Shown here piece after piece: positions 1-12,586 of a DNA stretch of 64,000 nucleotides. A program made the translations under genes and the position numbers. Below the pieces are notes generated by a model. That model saw only the letters and a program-made list of their open reading frames with translations, did no database searches and was not told the origin of the DNA. The stretch is from Eledone cirrhosa (Eukaryota), in contig OZ024755.1 in NCBI GenBank assembly GCA_964016885.1, forward strand, positions 36,270,001 to 36,334,000, in the 5' to 3' direction. How positions within the stretch are numbered: the first letter of the stretch is position 1; each line of letters starts with the position of its first letter.

Positions 1-447
1 GCATCACCCCCCAAAACAACCACACCACCACCACCAAAAACACCAACATCGCAGACACAACAAAACACACACACCCAACAACACAACAAGAAAACAGCAA
101 CAAAATCACCCCTCCCGCCAAAATGTACACAGCCATAAACACGGCTTTTAAAGAACTACTACAACATATGAAGCAACACACAGACATCACAGAAAAAAAT
201 ACTACACCTCACCAACTCCAAGAACTCTCCCGACAAAAACATCATTGAAATCAAAATAGAACATTACAAACTTTTAAAACAAAAATTCCCCAACGCAGTT
301 GGAGACTTCAGAGGGTCGGTTACCAAGAGGATATACACCGACATCCTCTTGGAAATACCCATGACCAGACAAAGGGACGGTGCTACTGTCCCTTCAACAC
401 GATCAAGGTAAGTGATCCTTTCTCACTTACCCCATTTCTCATCCAGT

Positions 448-1882
448 ATGACCATACTTAGAATAGTATAAATGTACGTGGCCTGGGGTCATCTTGGAAG
501 CAAGGTCACTGCTCAATGACCTCAGGTCACTAAACATAGATGTGGTGGCCATCAGCGAGACCAGAATCTCCGAAGCACGAGCCTTCACACCGATCTTCGG
601 TGGCTACGATGTATACGCATTTCCCAGCCATCCAGGATCGGGGGGAGAAGTTGCCGTGCTTTTTCAGAGAGGCTTGGTAGTCGACTACACGGACCACACA
701 TTTGTGATCTCTGAAGTTGACTTAGATAGACTCCAAGGGCAAGGGCCTGGCTACTGGAAGCTGAACGCGTCGTTCCCGGCGCGCAAAGCTTACAGAGACC
801 GGATTAGCGAATTAGTTAAGCGTGCGTTGACGGGTGCGATCGTCAACAACAGGTGGTTTACCCTGAAAAGGGCTATTAGAGTAGAATCGATAAGGTTTAG
901 CAAAGGAGTAGTGATAGAGGAAAATAGAGTAGAGGGAGAGTTAGTTATAAAGCTAGAAAAGGCGTTTAGGACAGGCATCGCAACCGATGTACTAGCGGCG
1001 AGATTGGCACTCGACCAATTCTTCAACGCACAGCTTGAAGGCTGCGTTGTCAGAGCTAGAGTGCGTGCTCTAAGACATGAGGGGACAAAAGCCATTCAAT
1101 GGGCCCAGGAGGTGGAGGCGCGACATGGCAACAAGTCCACAATTCGGTCTTTGCCTGATCAAAACGAGCACATGTTGCTCGAACCCAAGCAGAAGTGTGC
1201 GGCTTTTCAACAGCACTTTGCTCAATTGTTCGGGAGAAGCGGCGGGCCGGATCGGAGTATGGACTTCGGTGCATACCTCGACGACTGACTTGTGGAGCTA
1301 TGTCGAACAGCTGCTGTCACATGTAGGACAGATCCGGTTATCGATTGAGTCCATTGTGCAGATAGCCCTGCCATCTCCTTTAAAGAGGAGGAAGGGCAGG
1401 CAGTTTTCATCTGCCTGGTGGCCATGGCGAAAGAGATTGTGTGGTGGACAAGGTTGAAAGGGTTGAAGATGGACACTTTCCTCTTCGGCCAATCCCAGAT
1501 TTACTTTTTCAAGTTTCACTTGAAGAGGAAAATCAGGGTGGAGAGGCAAGTGCTGTCTTCTAGTAAGTTTGCTGAAAGGTGGGTGAAAGTAGCGAATCTG
1601 GTCCGAGTGAACGGGCCCGCTCTGAGTATTCGCCTGTAGATTGAGGAGTGGGAAAACTGAGAGAGGGCGCTTGCCCTGGTGGTCAGGGTGGCCATGGTCT
1701 TTTTGTGTGGTTTTCACCACGAGTAACCCTCGGAGGTTTCCCTCTTTTTGGGGGGATTTTTGTTGTTTTAATATTTTTAATTTCTAGCCCGATTTTGTTA
1801 TAACTTGTTTACATGAACAAAACCGACTTTGTACTGTTCTGTGCCGTCTCTAATGTTAGCCCTTGTGGCCAATAAAGAAACC
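448..1882 (+). mobile_element. Internally deleted Tx1/L1-clade LINE (APE endonuclease, ORF2 C-terminus, 3' UTR)
   Basis: NVRGL, DVVAISETR and GPGYWKLNAS endonuclease motifs. At about 1290 it jumps to C-terminal LWSYVEQLL..AMAKEIVWWTRLKG, with no RT domain between. AATAAA at 1871, then (ATT)n. Confidence 0.8.
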
Positions 1883-1934
1883 ATTATTATTATTATTATT
1901 ATTACTATTATTATTATTGTTGTTGTTATTACTC

Positions 1935-2345
1935 TTTGAGTCTCAGTCATTGATGTTAGTTAACTGGAAAGTTTGTTGAAATGAATATCAAGCCACTACC
2001 TGCAGCCTCAGATATTCAGGACGTATCGGAGGGTTCTTGCTGTTCCCAGCAAGCATGCCTTTTGAAGCGTTCCAAAAAGCGTGAAGGGGCCAATTTTCTT
2101 TAACCATCGCTGGAAACTTTTTGAGATAGTCCCTAGTGCGCCTATGACAATCGGGATCACTTTGACTTCATGGCAGTTCCAAATCTTTTTTACCTCCCAC
2201 TTTAAGTCCTGGTATCGGTTAATTTTCTCCCTCTCCTTCTCTTGCACTCTCGTGTCGAATGTGCAGGTCACATCCACAATCAGGCACAATCTTTTTTCTT
2301 TGTCCACAACCACCAGGTCAGGTCTATTGTGTTCCAGTTTCTTCT
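1935..2345 (-). mobile_element. 3' fragment of Dong/R4-clade LINE (restriction-like endonuclease)
   Basis: RPDLVVVDK..LIVDV..EKE.EK..RY.DL..E..VKVIPIVIGALG..LQKACLLGTA; (TTA)n on both sides. Confidence 0.85.
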
Positions 2346-2913
2346 TATTATTATTATTATTATCATTATTATTATTATTATTATATTACTGTCTGTCATA
2401 AGAAGCATGGTTACAAATCACAACATATTTCTAAATCGTTCTCTAAAGAAATGCTATAATGGTAATAGAACTTTGGAACAGTGGCATGCCATTGAAGTTT
2501 TCTTTGTATATATCTTCAAAGCAGAAGATAAAGAAACTGCCTGAAGTAAGAACCTTGTGAGGGTACAAAAAGCTGATTCAATCTTAACTGAAGCAATGGT
2601 TTCTCTATTGTAATCTATCAATTACACACACACTTCAAATCAAACAGTCCATTGTATCTGTTTCATTTAAAAGACACCTTCTGTGGAACCTTGGACTACT
2701 TATGAAGAAATAGTCTGGTCTCATGAGTAGAAGACTTTAATAAAACCATAATATAAATATATCAAACACATAAGCCATGATAGAATAAAAGCAGGAGAGA
2801 GGGCGTAGACTGTATCTGAACACACCTAGAAATTCACATGTCAACAGACTATGTTTCAGAATAAAGAGTCATAAAAAAAAACCGAAAAATACCACAATAA
2901 ATCCTGTAATTAA

Positions 2914-3134
2914 CCCTTTACCATTTACATTAATTTATATTTACTATTGTATTTTTGTAGTAAAGGCTTTACCTCACATAATTATCTCACATAATATCGA
3001 ATCTATGGGATTTTGATATCATTTATTTTGAGAACAATACCTTAACATCAGTATGAGTGGTTCATTATGGCTGGTTTGAATTGAAAGAGGTGAAAGAATT
3101 CTGGCCAGATACAGCCGGTTTAAATGCTAAAGGG
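2914..3134 (+). mobile_element. piggyBac-type MITE, about 220 bp
   Basis: TTAA|CCCTTTACCATTTA ... TAAATGCTAAAGGG|TTAA, i.e. terminal inverted repeats with TTAA target duplication; many copies in the window. Confidence 0.85.
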
Positions 3135-3166
3135 TTAAACTAAACTGTAATCCAGATGAGTATTAA

Positions 3167-3388
3167 CCCTCTGCCATTCACATTACTCTATATATATATA
3201 TACTATTGTATTTTCATAGTAAAGGCTTTATTTCACATAATTATCTAACATAATATCGAATCTATGGGATTTTGATATTATTTATTGAGAACAATATCTG
3301 AACATAAGTATGAGTGGCCGGTTACAACCAGTTTGAACAGAAAGAGGTGAAAGAATTCTGGCCGGATATGGTTGGTTTAAATGTTAAC
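3167..3388 (+). mobile_element. piggyBac-type MITE copy
   Basis: Same internal sequence as 2914-3134 (GTATGAGTGG..GAAAGAGGTGA.AGAATTCTGGCC). Confidence 0.75.
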
Positions 3389-3739
3389 CCTAACCCTAAC
3401 ACCAATTAAAAAAACGACAACAAAATAATAAACAAATAATGAAGTGAAAAAAAAGGGAGGAAAATGGGTGTGGGGGTTAAAAAAAATAAAGAAAAGAAAT
3501 AACAAAGAAAAAAATGAGAGAAGAAAGAGGGAATGGAAGATTTTTTCAAAGCAAAGAGAAGGATTGAATAAAATTTAATGGAAATTATCACAAATAGAAC
3601 TCACATAAACATTAATACTCCAGCTTGGCAACTCCTATATAGGAAGAATTGCTTCATCTATATTACTGTTATTGATCTGATGAAATGATAGATCAAATAT
3701 ATTTGTTTAAAATGAGTTGTTAAGGCAGTTATACCTTAA

Positions 3740-4062
3740 CCCTTTAACATTTAAACCGGCTGTATCCGGCCAGAATTCTCTCACCTCTTTCTGTTCAAAT
3801 CGGCCATAACCAGCCACTCATACCAGCATTAAGGTAATATTCTCAAAATAAATAATATGAAAATCTCAGAGAAAATTATGTAAAATAAAGTGTTTGCCAT
3901 GAAAATACAATAGAATATATAGAGTAATGTAAATACTAAAGGGCTAAAATCCAAATGAAAATCTCATAGATTCAATAATACGTGAGTTACTATGTAAGAT
4001 AAAGCCTTTATTGTGAAAATACAATACTATATATATAGTAATGTAAATTGGTAAAGGGTTAA
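3740..4062 (-). mobile_element. piggyBac-type MITE copy plus partial copy
   Basis: Reverse complement of the same family; TTAACCCTTT start, AAAGGG ends at 3943 and about 4058. Confidence 0.75.
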
Positions 4063-5039
4063 GGCTATTTTACAGTTCATTAGTGATTCTAGGAGAATAA
4101 GTTCTCTGCTACCATTCCGCAATAATAAATGTTTCTTCACTGACACATTATGTGTTCTGTAAGTCTAAGGTTTGAAGTCATCCAAAACAAAAGAGCTGAT
4201 CAGAAGATCAGATTAGTAGAAAATTTGGGAGGGGTCAGATAATGACTGATGCAAGTCCTTCAAGGAATTGAATCAAAGGCTTGATTTGTAGACCAGTGGT
4301 CTACAAAGCACAAACATAAAATAGTTACTGGTTAAACATCAAAAGAAAATGCTGGAGACAAGAAGAAAACCATCAGTTTTTCTCTGAGACATAATGGTGG
4401 CTAATTAATCAAGACAAAAATCTAGGTGGCACCAAACAGATCAATATAAGTTGCTGATGTATAATTTTAAATAAACACCAACTTATAATTTTGCTTTTGT
4501 TTGTTTGTTTCTTTCTTTGCTTTTTTTTGTTTTTTTTATTATATTGGCTTGTTTTTTCTTTTCCAAAAACATTTTACCAGCAGAGTTCACGAAAAACAAT
4601 TATTAAAACCTAACAATATTTCAATCAAAATCCCACCACCACCACCATTGATTGGGTGTCAATTCTGCTCCACTCTTTCCCCACTTCCCCCTCAGTATAA
4701 GGGAGCGAAATGGGTAAAAAGTGAATAAGATATAGCTTTTCTATTTTATTTCAGATCTTTTTAGGGTTTTTGCTTTTTTCAAGTTAACGAAAACAACTTT
4801 GTTTATACAAGCAAATTTAATTTAAATTAATTTATTTTGTATTTCTTTCACTCCAGTATCTGCAGACAAATTTGTTTCTACCTTATTACTTGCTTAATAG
4901 GTTCACAAATAGTAAGTTTGTTTCTACCTTATTACTTGCTTAACAGTTTTTACCTACTCCTTTCCTACACACTGAGCATGGCCATTTCCCAGAGGGCACT
5001 TGTGCCCTATTTTCCTTTCTACATACTAGAACTTTAGTC

Positions 5040-5620
5040 TGAGACAAGTTAACTTTAAGGCCTTTTAAATCTAGGCCATGCTTCTATGTTTGGAATTTCT
5101 TCTCTAGTTCAGCCATAGATTCAACTATGAGAGTTAGATCATCTGTGTATATAAGTTCCCATGGGCAACCGGTCTTAAACTCTTCTGTAATAACCTATAG
5201 GACAATAATAAACAGGAGAGGGCTAAAGACAGAGCTGTGATGAACACCTACTTTTATGCTAAATTCTTCACTATATTCATTGTTAATTCTAATCATGCTG
5301 ACTGTTCCTCTATACATGGCCTGTATAGCTCTCACAAGCCATTCATCTACTCCTAGTTTTCTAAGGGCCCACCAGATAATGGAATGGGAGACTCTGTCAA
5401 AGGCTTTCTCCACGTCAACAAAAGCTAAGTAAAGGGGTTTACTTTTAGCTAGGTACTTCTGCTGTAGTTGTCGTACAAGGAAAAGAGCATCCGTGGTACT
5501 TTTACCTGACACGAACCCAAACTGCATTTCATCTAGATCAATTTGGTCTCCAATTAGTTGTGCAATAACTCTTTCTGTGACCTTCATGACCTGGTAACTA
5601 ATTTAATGCCTTTATAGTTA
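5040..5620 (-). mobile_element. RTE-clade LINE reverse transcriptase fragment (decayed)
   Basis: QFGFVSGKSTTDALF..AFVD.EKAFDRV..GVH..SV.SPLLF RT motifs; stop codons present. Confidence 0.85.
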
Positions 5621-5626
5621 CATATA

Positions 5627-5678
<52 letters not shown>

Positions 5679-6135
5679 GTCGATCAACTTTCGTCAAATT
5701 GGACTAAGGAAACAATGTTTCCATTGGTCTTTCTAATTGCTAATACTATCTATCGGTCGTAACTCCAGGTAGAAGGAGCAACATGAAATAAAGTGTTTTC
5801 CTCAAGGACATAACACATCACCAGCTCTGGGAATCGAACTCACAACCTCACGATTATATTGTTTATGATGACGAATGTTCCAGTTGATACGATCAACAGA
5901 ACATCCTGCTCATGAAATTAAAATACAAGTGGCTGAGCATTCCACAAGCACCCCCCCCCCCCCCGCAACGTAGTTCTCAGGGAAATTTATACATATTTAT
6001 ACATACAAACATGATTTATACATTTATATACACATACATATATGAACATATATATATGTATACACACATATACATGTATGGGTGTGTGTGTATATATATA
6101 TAAATACACACATACACACACATAAATCTATATAT

Positions 6136-7288
6136 AGTCAGTAGGCATCTCTAACAAAATACACCCCCGTCCCACCACCCCCACCCCATCCACACCGCCC
6201 CTTTCAATGTAAAGTTATGTTGGTGCAACAACAACCAGGCCGAAACAAATAAGATCGTGTAGGTGTCACGACAAAAAAACACACAGTCCACGCTGTAATG
6301 TGGCCATGTAGGCAACACGGTAAAAACCTCCCAGCCCCACACCGTAAATGTGGTTGGTGTTAGGAAGGGCATCCAGCCGTAGAAAACCCGCCAGACAGTC
6401 CACGCTGTAATGTGGCCGTGTAGGCAACACGGTAAAAACCTCCCAGTTCCACACTGTAAATGTGGTTGGTGTTAGGAAGGGCATCCAGCCGTAGAAAACC
6501 CACCAGACAGTCCACGCTGTAATGTGGCCGTGTAGGCAACACGGTAAAAACCTCCCAGTTCCACACTGTAAACGTGGTTGGTGTTAGGAAGGGCATCCAG
6601 CCGTAGAAAACCCGCCAGACAGTCCACGCTGTAATGTGGCCGTGTAGGCAACACGGTAAAAACCTCCCAGTTCCACACTGTAAATGTGGTTGGTGTTAGG
6701 AAGGGCATCCAGCCGTAGAAAACCCACCAGACAGTCCACGCTGTAATGTGGCCGTGTAGGCAACACGGTAAAAACCTCCCAGTTCCACACTGTAAACGTG
6801 GTTGGTGTTAGGAAGGGCATCCAGCTGTAGAAAACCTGCCAGACAGTCCACGCTGTAATGTGGCCGTGTAGGCAACACGGTAAAAACCTCCCAGTTCCAC
6901 ACTGTAAATGTGGTTGGTGTTAGGAAGGGCATCCAGCCGTAGAAAACCTGCCAGACAGTCCACGCTGTAATGTGGCCGTGTAGGCAACACGGTAAAAACC
7001 TCCCAGTTCCACACTGTAAATGTGGTTGGTGTTAGGAAGGGCATCCAGCCGTAGAAAACCCACCAGACAGTCCACGCTGTAATGTGGCCGTGTAGGCAAC
7101 ACGGTAAAAACCTCCCAGTTCCACACTGTAAACGTGGTTGGTGTTAGGAAGGGTATCCAGCCGTAGAAAACCCGCCAGACAGTCCTATGCGAGCAAGACA
7201 ACCACTCTTGCCTCAAGTGGGAAAACTCCCGTCCAAACCCATGCAAGCGTGGAACATGGACGTTAAACGATGATGATGATGATGATGA
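6136..7288 (+). mobile_element. RTE 3' UTR with internal 112-bp tandem amplification (about 8 units, 6284-7184)
   Basis: Reverse complement of the 3' UTR at 24016-24400; 112-bp period seen in the sequence and the ORF track; ends in (GAT)n. Confidence 0.85.
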
Positions 7289-7293
7289 TATGA

Positions 7294-7650
7294 GGAGGCA
7301 CATGGCTTAGTGGTTAGAGCATTGGCCTTGCAATCGAAAGGCCGTTCAATTCTCAGACCAGGTGATGGGTTGTTTCCTTGAGCAAGACACTTTATTTCAC
7401 ATTGCTCCAGTTTACTCAGCTGTAGAAATGAGATGATAGGACTGGGGTCCCTATCATTCCCTCTGCAAAAAAGCACCCATCCCACACTGTAAAGTGGGCG
7501 TGTAGGCGCCACGGAAAAAAAGCACCCAGCACTCACTGTAAATGAGGTTGGTGTTAGGAAGGGCATCCAGCTGTAGAAATCAAGCCAGAATCAGTTCCCG
7601 TCCCACCCTTGCAAGCAGGGAAAAGCAGACGTAAAAATGATGATGATGAT
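7294..7650 (+). mobile_element. tRNA-derived CORE-type SINE with RTE-derived tail
   Basis: A-box TGGCTTAGTGG, B-box-like GTTCAATTC, CORE-like CCTTGAGCAAGACACTT; tail CCCACCCTTGCAAGCAGGGAAAAGC..(GAT)n matches the RTE 3' end at about 60700. Confidence 0.85.
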
Positions 7651-8025
7651 GGCTGCCCCCTCGTTATTGAGTATGGCCATTGCACGATATACCATTATTA
7701 ATAATTATTAATTAATTATTCTATCGTGAAGATATTTTTTAAAGTGAGGAAAGACTGTGCACTGAGCCAATCCTTGGTGAGGAGGGTGATTTTGGACACT
7801 CTGCAGGACAAAACACAAAACCTGACAAAGGGTGGAAGAACTCATAAGAGTCAACGGCCATCCAAAAGTGTGTAAATATGTATATACACATGTACCGCGT
7901 GGTTAAACCACTGGGAGTGAAGGACCCCTAGCCTTTGTCAGGGTATTCTTCTAGGAGAAGGCAACTCAGGAAACTGGGATAACTCCGATGTAAGAACTGC
8001 AGCTCAGTAGTTACCAATGATGTTG
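7650..8025. mobile_element. Non-autonomous RTE-derived element with 5' inversion
   Basis: 7650-7773 is the 3' tail on minus (as at 14514-14650); 7774-8025 is the 5' part on plus (as at 58259-58350 and reverse 16380-16560). Confidence 0.65.
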
Positions 8026-8034
8026 ATATATATA

Positions 8035-8842
8035 TCATCATCATCATCATCATCAACGTTTAACGTCCGTGTTCCACGCTTGCATGGGTTTGGACGGGGG
8101 TAGTCCCACTTGAGGCAAGAGTGATTGTTTTGCTCGCATAGGACTATCTGGCAGGTTTTCTACAGTTGGATGCCCTTCCTAACACCAACCACATTTACAG
8201 TATGGGGCTGGGAGGTTTTTACCGTGTTGCCTACACGGCCACATTACAGCGTGGACTGTGTGTTTTTTTTGTCGTGACACCTACACGATCTCATTTGTTT
8301 CAGCCTGGATGGCGCGGCACCAACATAACTTTACATAGGAGGTGTGGATGGGGTGGTGGTGGTGGGACGGGTGTATTTTGTTAGAGATGCCTACTGGCTG
8401 GAGTAGGTTTTACTATATATTTAGGTAAGGCGGGTCTTCTCTATTACTGAGTACCGCCAAAGGTCTCGGTCCAGTGACATTGTCTTGGAGAGGTGTAAGT
8501 GTGTGATGTCGGAGTTTATCAGCTTGTCCCAGGTTTTTCTAGGTCTGCCTATTCCGTGGCTACCGTCTATCTTTATTGCCCTGCACTTTGTTATACAGCT
8601 ATCGACTTTCATGCGCATCACGTGTCCATACCAACGTAGCCTTCTCTCGAGTAAACAACATCTGATCCCTCTTATCTCTAATTTTTTTCTTAGTTCGTTT
8701 ATGCTTTGCCGTTCACGTATATTACTGTTACACATCCAGCGGAGCATGCAAGCTTCGTTCCTCTCTAGTCTGCGTATATCCTCTGCACACAATGCCCAGG
8801 TCTCACTGCCATGCAGCATTGCTGTTCGTATGCAGGCATCGT
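8035..8842 (-). mobile_element. 5'-truncated RTE LINE (ORF C-terminus plus 3' UTR)
   Basis: YDACIRTAMLHGSETW..RRLRWYGHVMR..GRPRKTW; nearly identical to 24016-24828; (CAT)n tail. Confidence 0.9.
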
Positions 8843-9533
8843 ACATATATATATATGTATATATATATACATATACATATATACACACACGCATATCACA
8901 TATTGGGCTTTTACTAGTAAATACCCTTGTGCATCTACATACAAACTCTACTTTTTTTGTTATTTGGAGTATAATCCCATACACCTCTTGTGTACCTATG
9001 GTTTTCATTATATTTGTATACACACACCCACACCTACACAAACATATACACAAAGGCGTACACACAAACACACACATCTCAAACATTATTCTCCACTTCA
9101 TCTGTCTCTTATTTCTGGTTTTATTTGGTTGATTTCTGACTCCATCCGATATATAATCAGTTTATTCAAAATAGCAATAGAGTGTCTGATGACGCAAACA
9201 TCTGCTACTCGGGAATATTGCTTGACCAAAGGTCAGGAAACATATAATACCATTTAGTGTTGAAGATAAATTTGAAGACAACATTTTATTCTTGGCTTTA
9301 AAAATGATTCTAAGAATCAAATTGCATCCACTTCTTATTTATCATTTTTTTTTCCATCAAGTTATTTTTGTGGTTCGCTGTTTCTCTTCGTATTGAATTG
9401 TTTTTCTTACCATAGTTGCATTAAAGAAAGTCAACCAAATAAAAATAGATGTGGAGCAAGACAAAGACAAATTAGGTTATACTGTTATAGAAGGAATTGC
9501 AGGAGGATTTTCAGTGGGTTCCTGGAAAATCAG

Positions 9534-9755
9534 CATTTAGCATTTACATAACTCTATATTTACTATAGTATTATTATGGTAAACACTTTATTTCTCATAA
9601 TTATCTCACATAAGATCGAATCTTCGAGATTTTGATAATATTTATTTTGATAACAATATCTTAACATAAGTATGAGTGGCCGATTATGGCCAGTTTGAAC
9701 AGAAAGAGGTGAGAGAATGCTGACTAGATACGGCTGGTTTAAATGTTAAAGAGTT
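9534..9755 (+). mobile_element. piggyBac-type MITE copy
   Basis: Same family as 2914-3134. Confidence 0.7.
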
Positions 9756-9857
9756 GAAGCACGGTTTCCTAAACTTTTTTGAAACGTGGAACCCTTTTTG
9801 GTTGAGAAATTCTGGCTAGATATAAATACTAAAGGGTTAACCTTACAGAGGAACAAA

Positions 9858-10042
9858 TAACTGTTTCTACTTTCGGCACAAGGCCAGCACATACCCAGTA
9901 CATTACTGGTACTTTATTTTATCAACCTCGTAAGGATGAAAGGCAAAGTCAACCTCGGCGGGATTTGAACTCAGATCGTAAAGGGACGTAACTATGCTGG
10001 AAAGCATGGCGTCCAACCCTCTACCGACTCTGCCAATCCACC
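9858..10042 (-). mobile_element. tRNA-derived SINE, second family
   Basis: Reverse of GTGGATTGGCAG..GAGTTCAAATCCCGCCGAGGTTGACTTTGCCTTTCATCC..GATAAAATAAAGTACCAGT; also at 16930-17350, 30810-31280, 36410-36700 and 40218-40400. Confidence 0.8.
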
Positions 10043-11086
10043 GAATGAAATCTCTTAACTTTGTCAACACCATCAATAGCAGCATTGCTAACATCAATTA
10101 TAATCACTGTCAGCATCACCAACCTCCTCCTCCTCCTACACATCATTGTCAACATAATCAATAACTTCAGCATTATATTGATCGCTGGTTGAATCATTTG
10201 ACTGTTGAACATAATTATTTGTGGTGTCTGCTCCGACACTTCTCATTCTCTGTTCAAATCCTACCAAAGTCAACTTTGCCTGCCATTCTCCTGGGGTCCA
10301 TAAAATGAAGTAGCAGTCAAGTACTGGAGTAGGTATAATAAACAAAACCCCTTCTTCTTCGCCCACTTATTCCTGAGAGGGTCGTGGGAGGCAGACTCCT
10401 CAAACACTCCCCCCAGTGGGTCCTGTCAGAAGCAGCCATCTCCAGCTGATCCGGCTGCAGGATCCCCAAGCGCGACCAGCCAAGCACATGGATGTTATCC
10501 AACCATCTTGCTCGGGGTCTACCCCTGGGTCTCCTGCTGGTTGGTTTTGCCCGTAAAATCTACTCAGTGATTCTTTCCTGAAACATTCTAACATACCCAA
10601 CCATCTTCCCAAATTTCTAGCCTTCTGCTTAAATTAGAAAGAGTTATCACTACCACCTCTACTGCACATGGAACACCATATTTTGAGCGGAATAATTAGC
10701 ATGTTCAACTGACACTGGCAATCCTATCATCCCCGACAGCAGTCGAGTGTCAGTATTGTTATTTCTATATGGTGCCCCAATAAAAAGAACCTACTACTAC
10801 AAAAGCCACACTTCAAACAGGTATATGGAAATACTGCAATATTGGAATGCATTACAGCCTAAAGGCATAAGCTTACATTAAGCTTGCATCTGCTTGAAGC
10901 ATAAAAATATTTGAAACTAAACATGCTCTATGCTGTAGTTCTTACACAGCACTTTACAACATCATACATCTACAAAATGCTATATAACATTCCACTATGA
11001 CACAACATCATATAAGAATACACTTCTACACTATATTATACAACAATATATCATGTGGTAGTGTAGGTGTCATGACCAAAGCACAC

Positions 11087-11830
11087 AGTCCACACTGTAA
11101 AGTGGTTGTGTAGGTGTCACGACAAAAAGCACCCAACACACATTGTAAAGTGGTCATGTAGGTGTCACGGCAAAAAGCACCCAACACACACTGTAAAGTG
11201 GTCATGTAGGTGTCACGACAAAAAGCACCCAGCCCATACTGTAAAGTGGTCATATAGGTGTCACGACAAAAAGTACCCAGCCCACACTGTAAAGTGGTCA
11301 TGTAGGTGTCACGACAAAAAGCACCCAGTCCACACTGTAAAGTGGTCATGTAGGTGTCACGACAAAAAGTACCCAGCCCACACTGTAAAGTGGTCATGTA
11401 GGTGTCACGACAAAAAGCACCCAACACACACTGTAAAATGGTCATATAGGTGTCACGACAAAAAGTACCCAGCCCACATTATAAAGTGGCCATGTAGGTG
11501 TCACGACAAAAATCACCCAGTCCACACTGTAAAGTGGTCATGTAGGTGTCACGACAAAAAGCACCCAGTCCACACTGTAAAGTGGTCATGTAGGTGTCAT
11601 GAGAAAAAGCACCCAGCCTACACTATAAAGTGGTCATGTAGGTGTCACAACAAAAGGCACTCAGTACTCACTGTAAATGATATTGGCATTAGGAAGGCCA
11701 TCCAGCTGTAGAAACCAAGCCAGAATCAGTTCTGCATGAGCAAGGCATGGTCACCTGACCTAGCATTGCCCATAACAGGACAACTCGTCTAACCCATGCT
11801 AGCATAGAAGAATGCGCATAAAATGGTGAT
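11087..11830 (+). repeat. 48-bp minisatellite (about 12 units) inside a SINE/RTE tail
   Basis: Unit CCCAGCCCACACTGTAAAGTGGTCATGTAGGTGTCACGACAAAAAGCA, running into the normal tail GGCATTAGGAAGG.CATCCAGCTGTAGAAA. Confidence 0.9.
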
Positions 11831-11962
11831 GATGATACATTGACAAAGAAAATATTTCAAGGTATTAACAACACAATAGTTCATTGAAGAAATAATACTC
11901 TTTATCTTCAATATATTTGTAGAAGAAATCATATCTCTCTCCTGATTGTGTATCCAGTTTAA

Positions 11963-12118
11963 TCCTTTAACATTAAAGCTGCCCGTATCCAGCCAGAACT
12001 CTCTCACTTCTTTCTGTTCAAACTGGCCATAACTGGCCACTCATACTGATGTTAAGGTATTCTTCTCAAAATAAATACCATCAAAAAGGATATATAGAGT
12101 AATGTAAGTGCTGAAGGG
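11963..12118 (-). mobile_element. piggyBac-type MITE, internally deleted
   Basis: TTAA flanks; same family. Confidence 0.7.
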
Positions 12119-12414
12119 TTAATACTGAGTCAGATAATAAAGCTCACTATTGGCTGATTGGCAGCTGTATGGAGTCAAACTCCATTTTCACATTATTACA
12201 AATCAAGGCCAATGTGTGTCATAGAAGCATTCATATTCCTGAGAGATAGCTAAGAACTTCAAACATAAAATACATATGCTGATTGGCTGTTTAAATACAA
12301 TCTATACATGTTCATAAATATACATGAGTAGACCTGTTTAACTCATGCTTGCATAGAAAATATAAACTAAATGTCTTTTATTACACTGCATCCATGCACA
12401 CACACACAATGTAC

Positions 12415-12586
<172 letters not shown>

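Noticed and set aside
408-446. GT..AG intron-like segment just before LINE ORF2
   Set aside because: About 39 nt is too short for a typical intron; more likely the inter-ORF spacer.
7294-7365. tRNA gene candidates at SINE heads
   Set aside because: A/B boxes are present but there is no full cloverleaf, and each continues into a SINE body.
9186-9215. CTGATGA hammerhead-like core
   Set aside because: No stem II closed by GAAA and no stem I or III.
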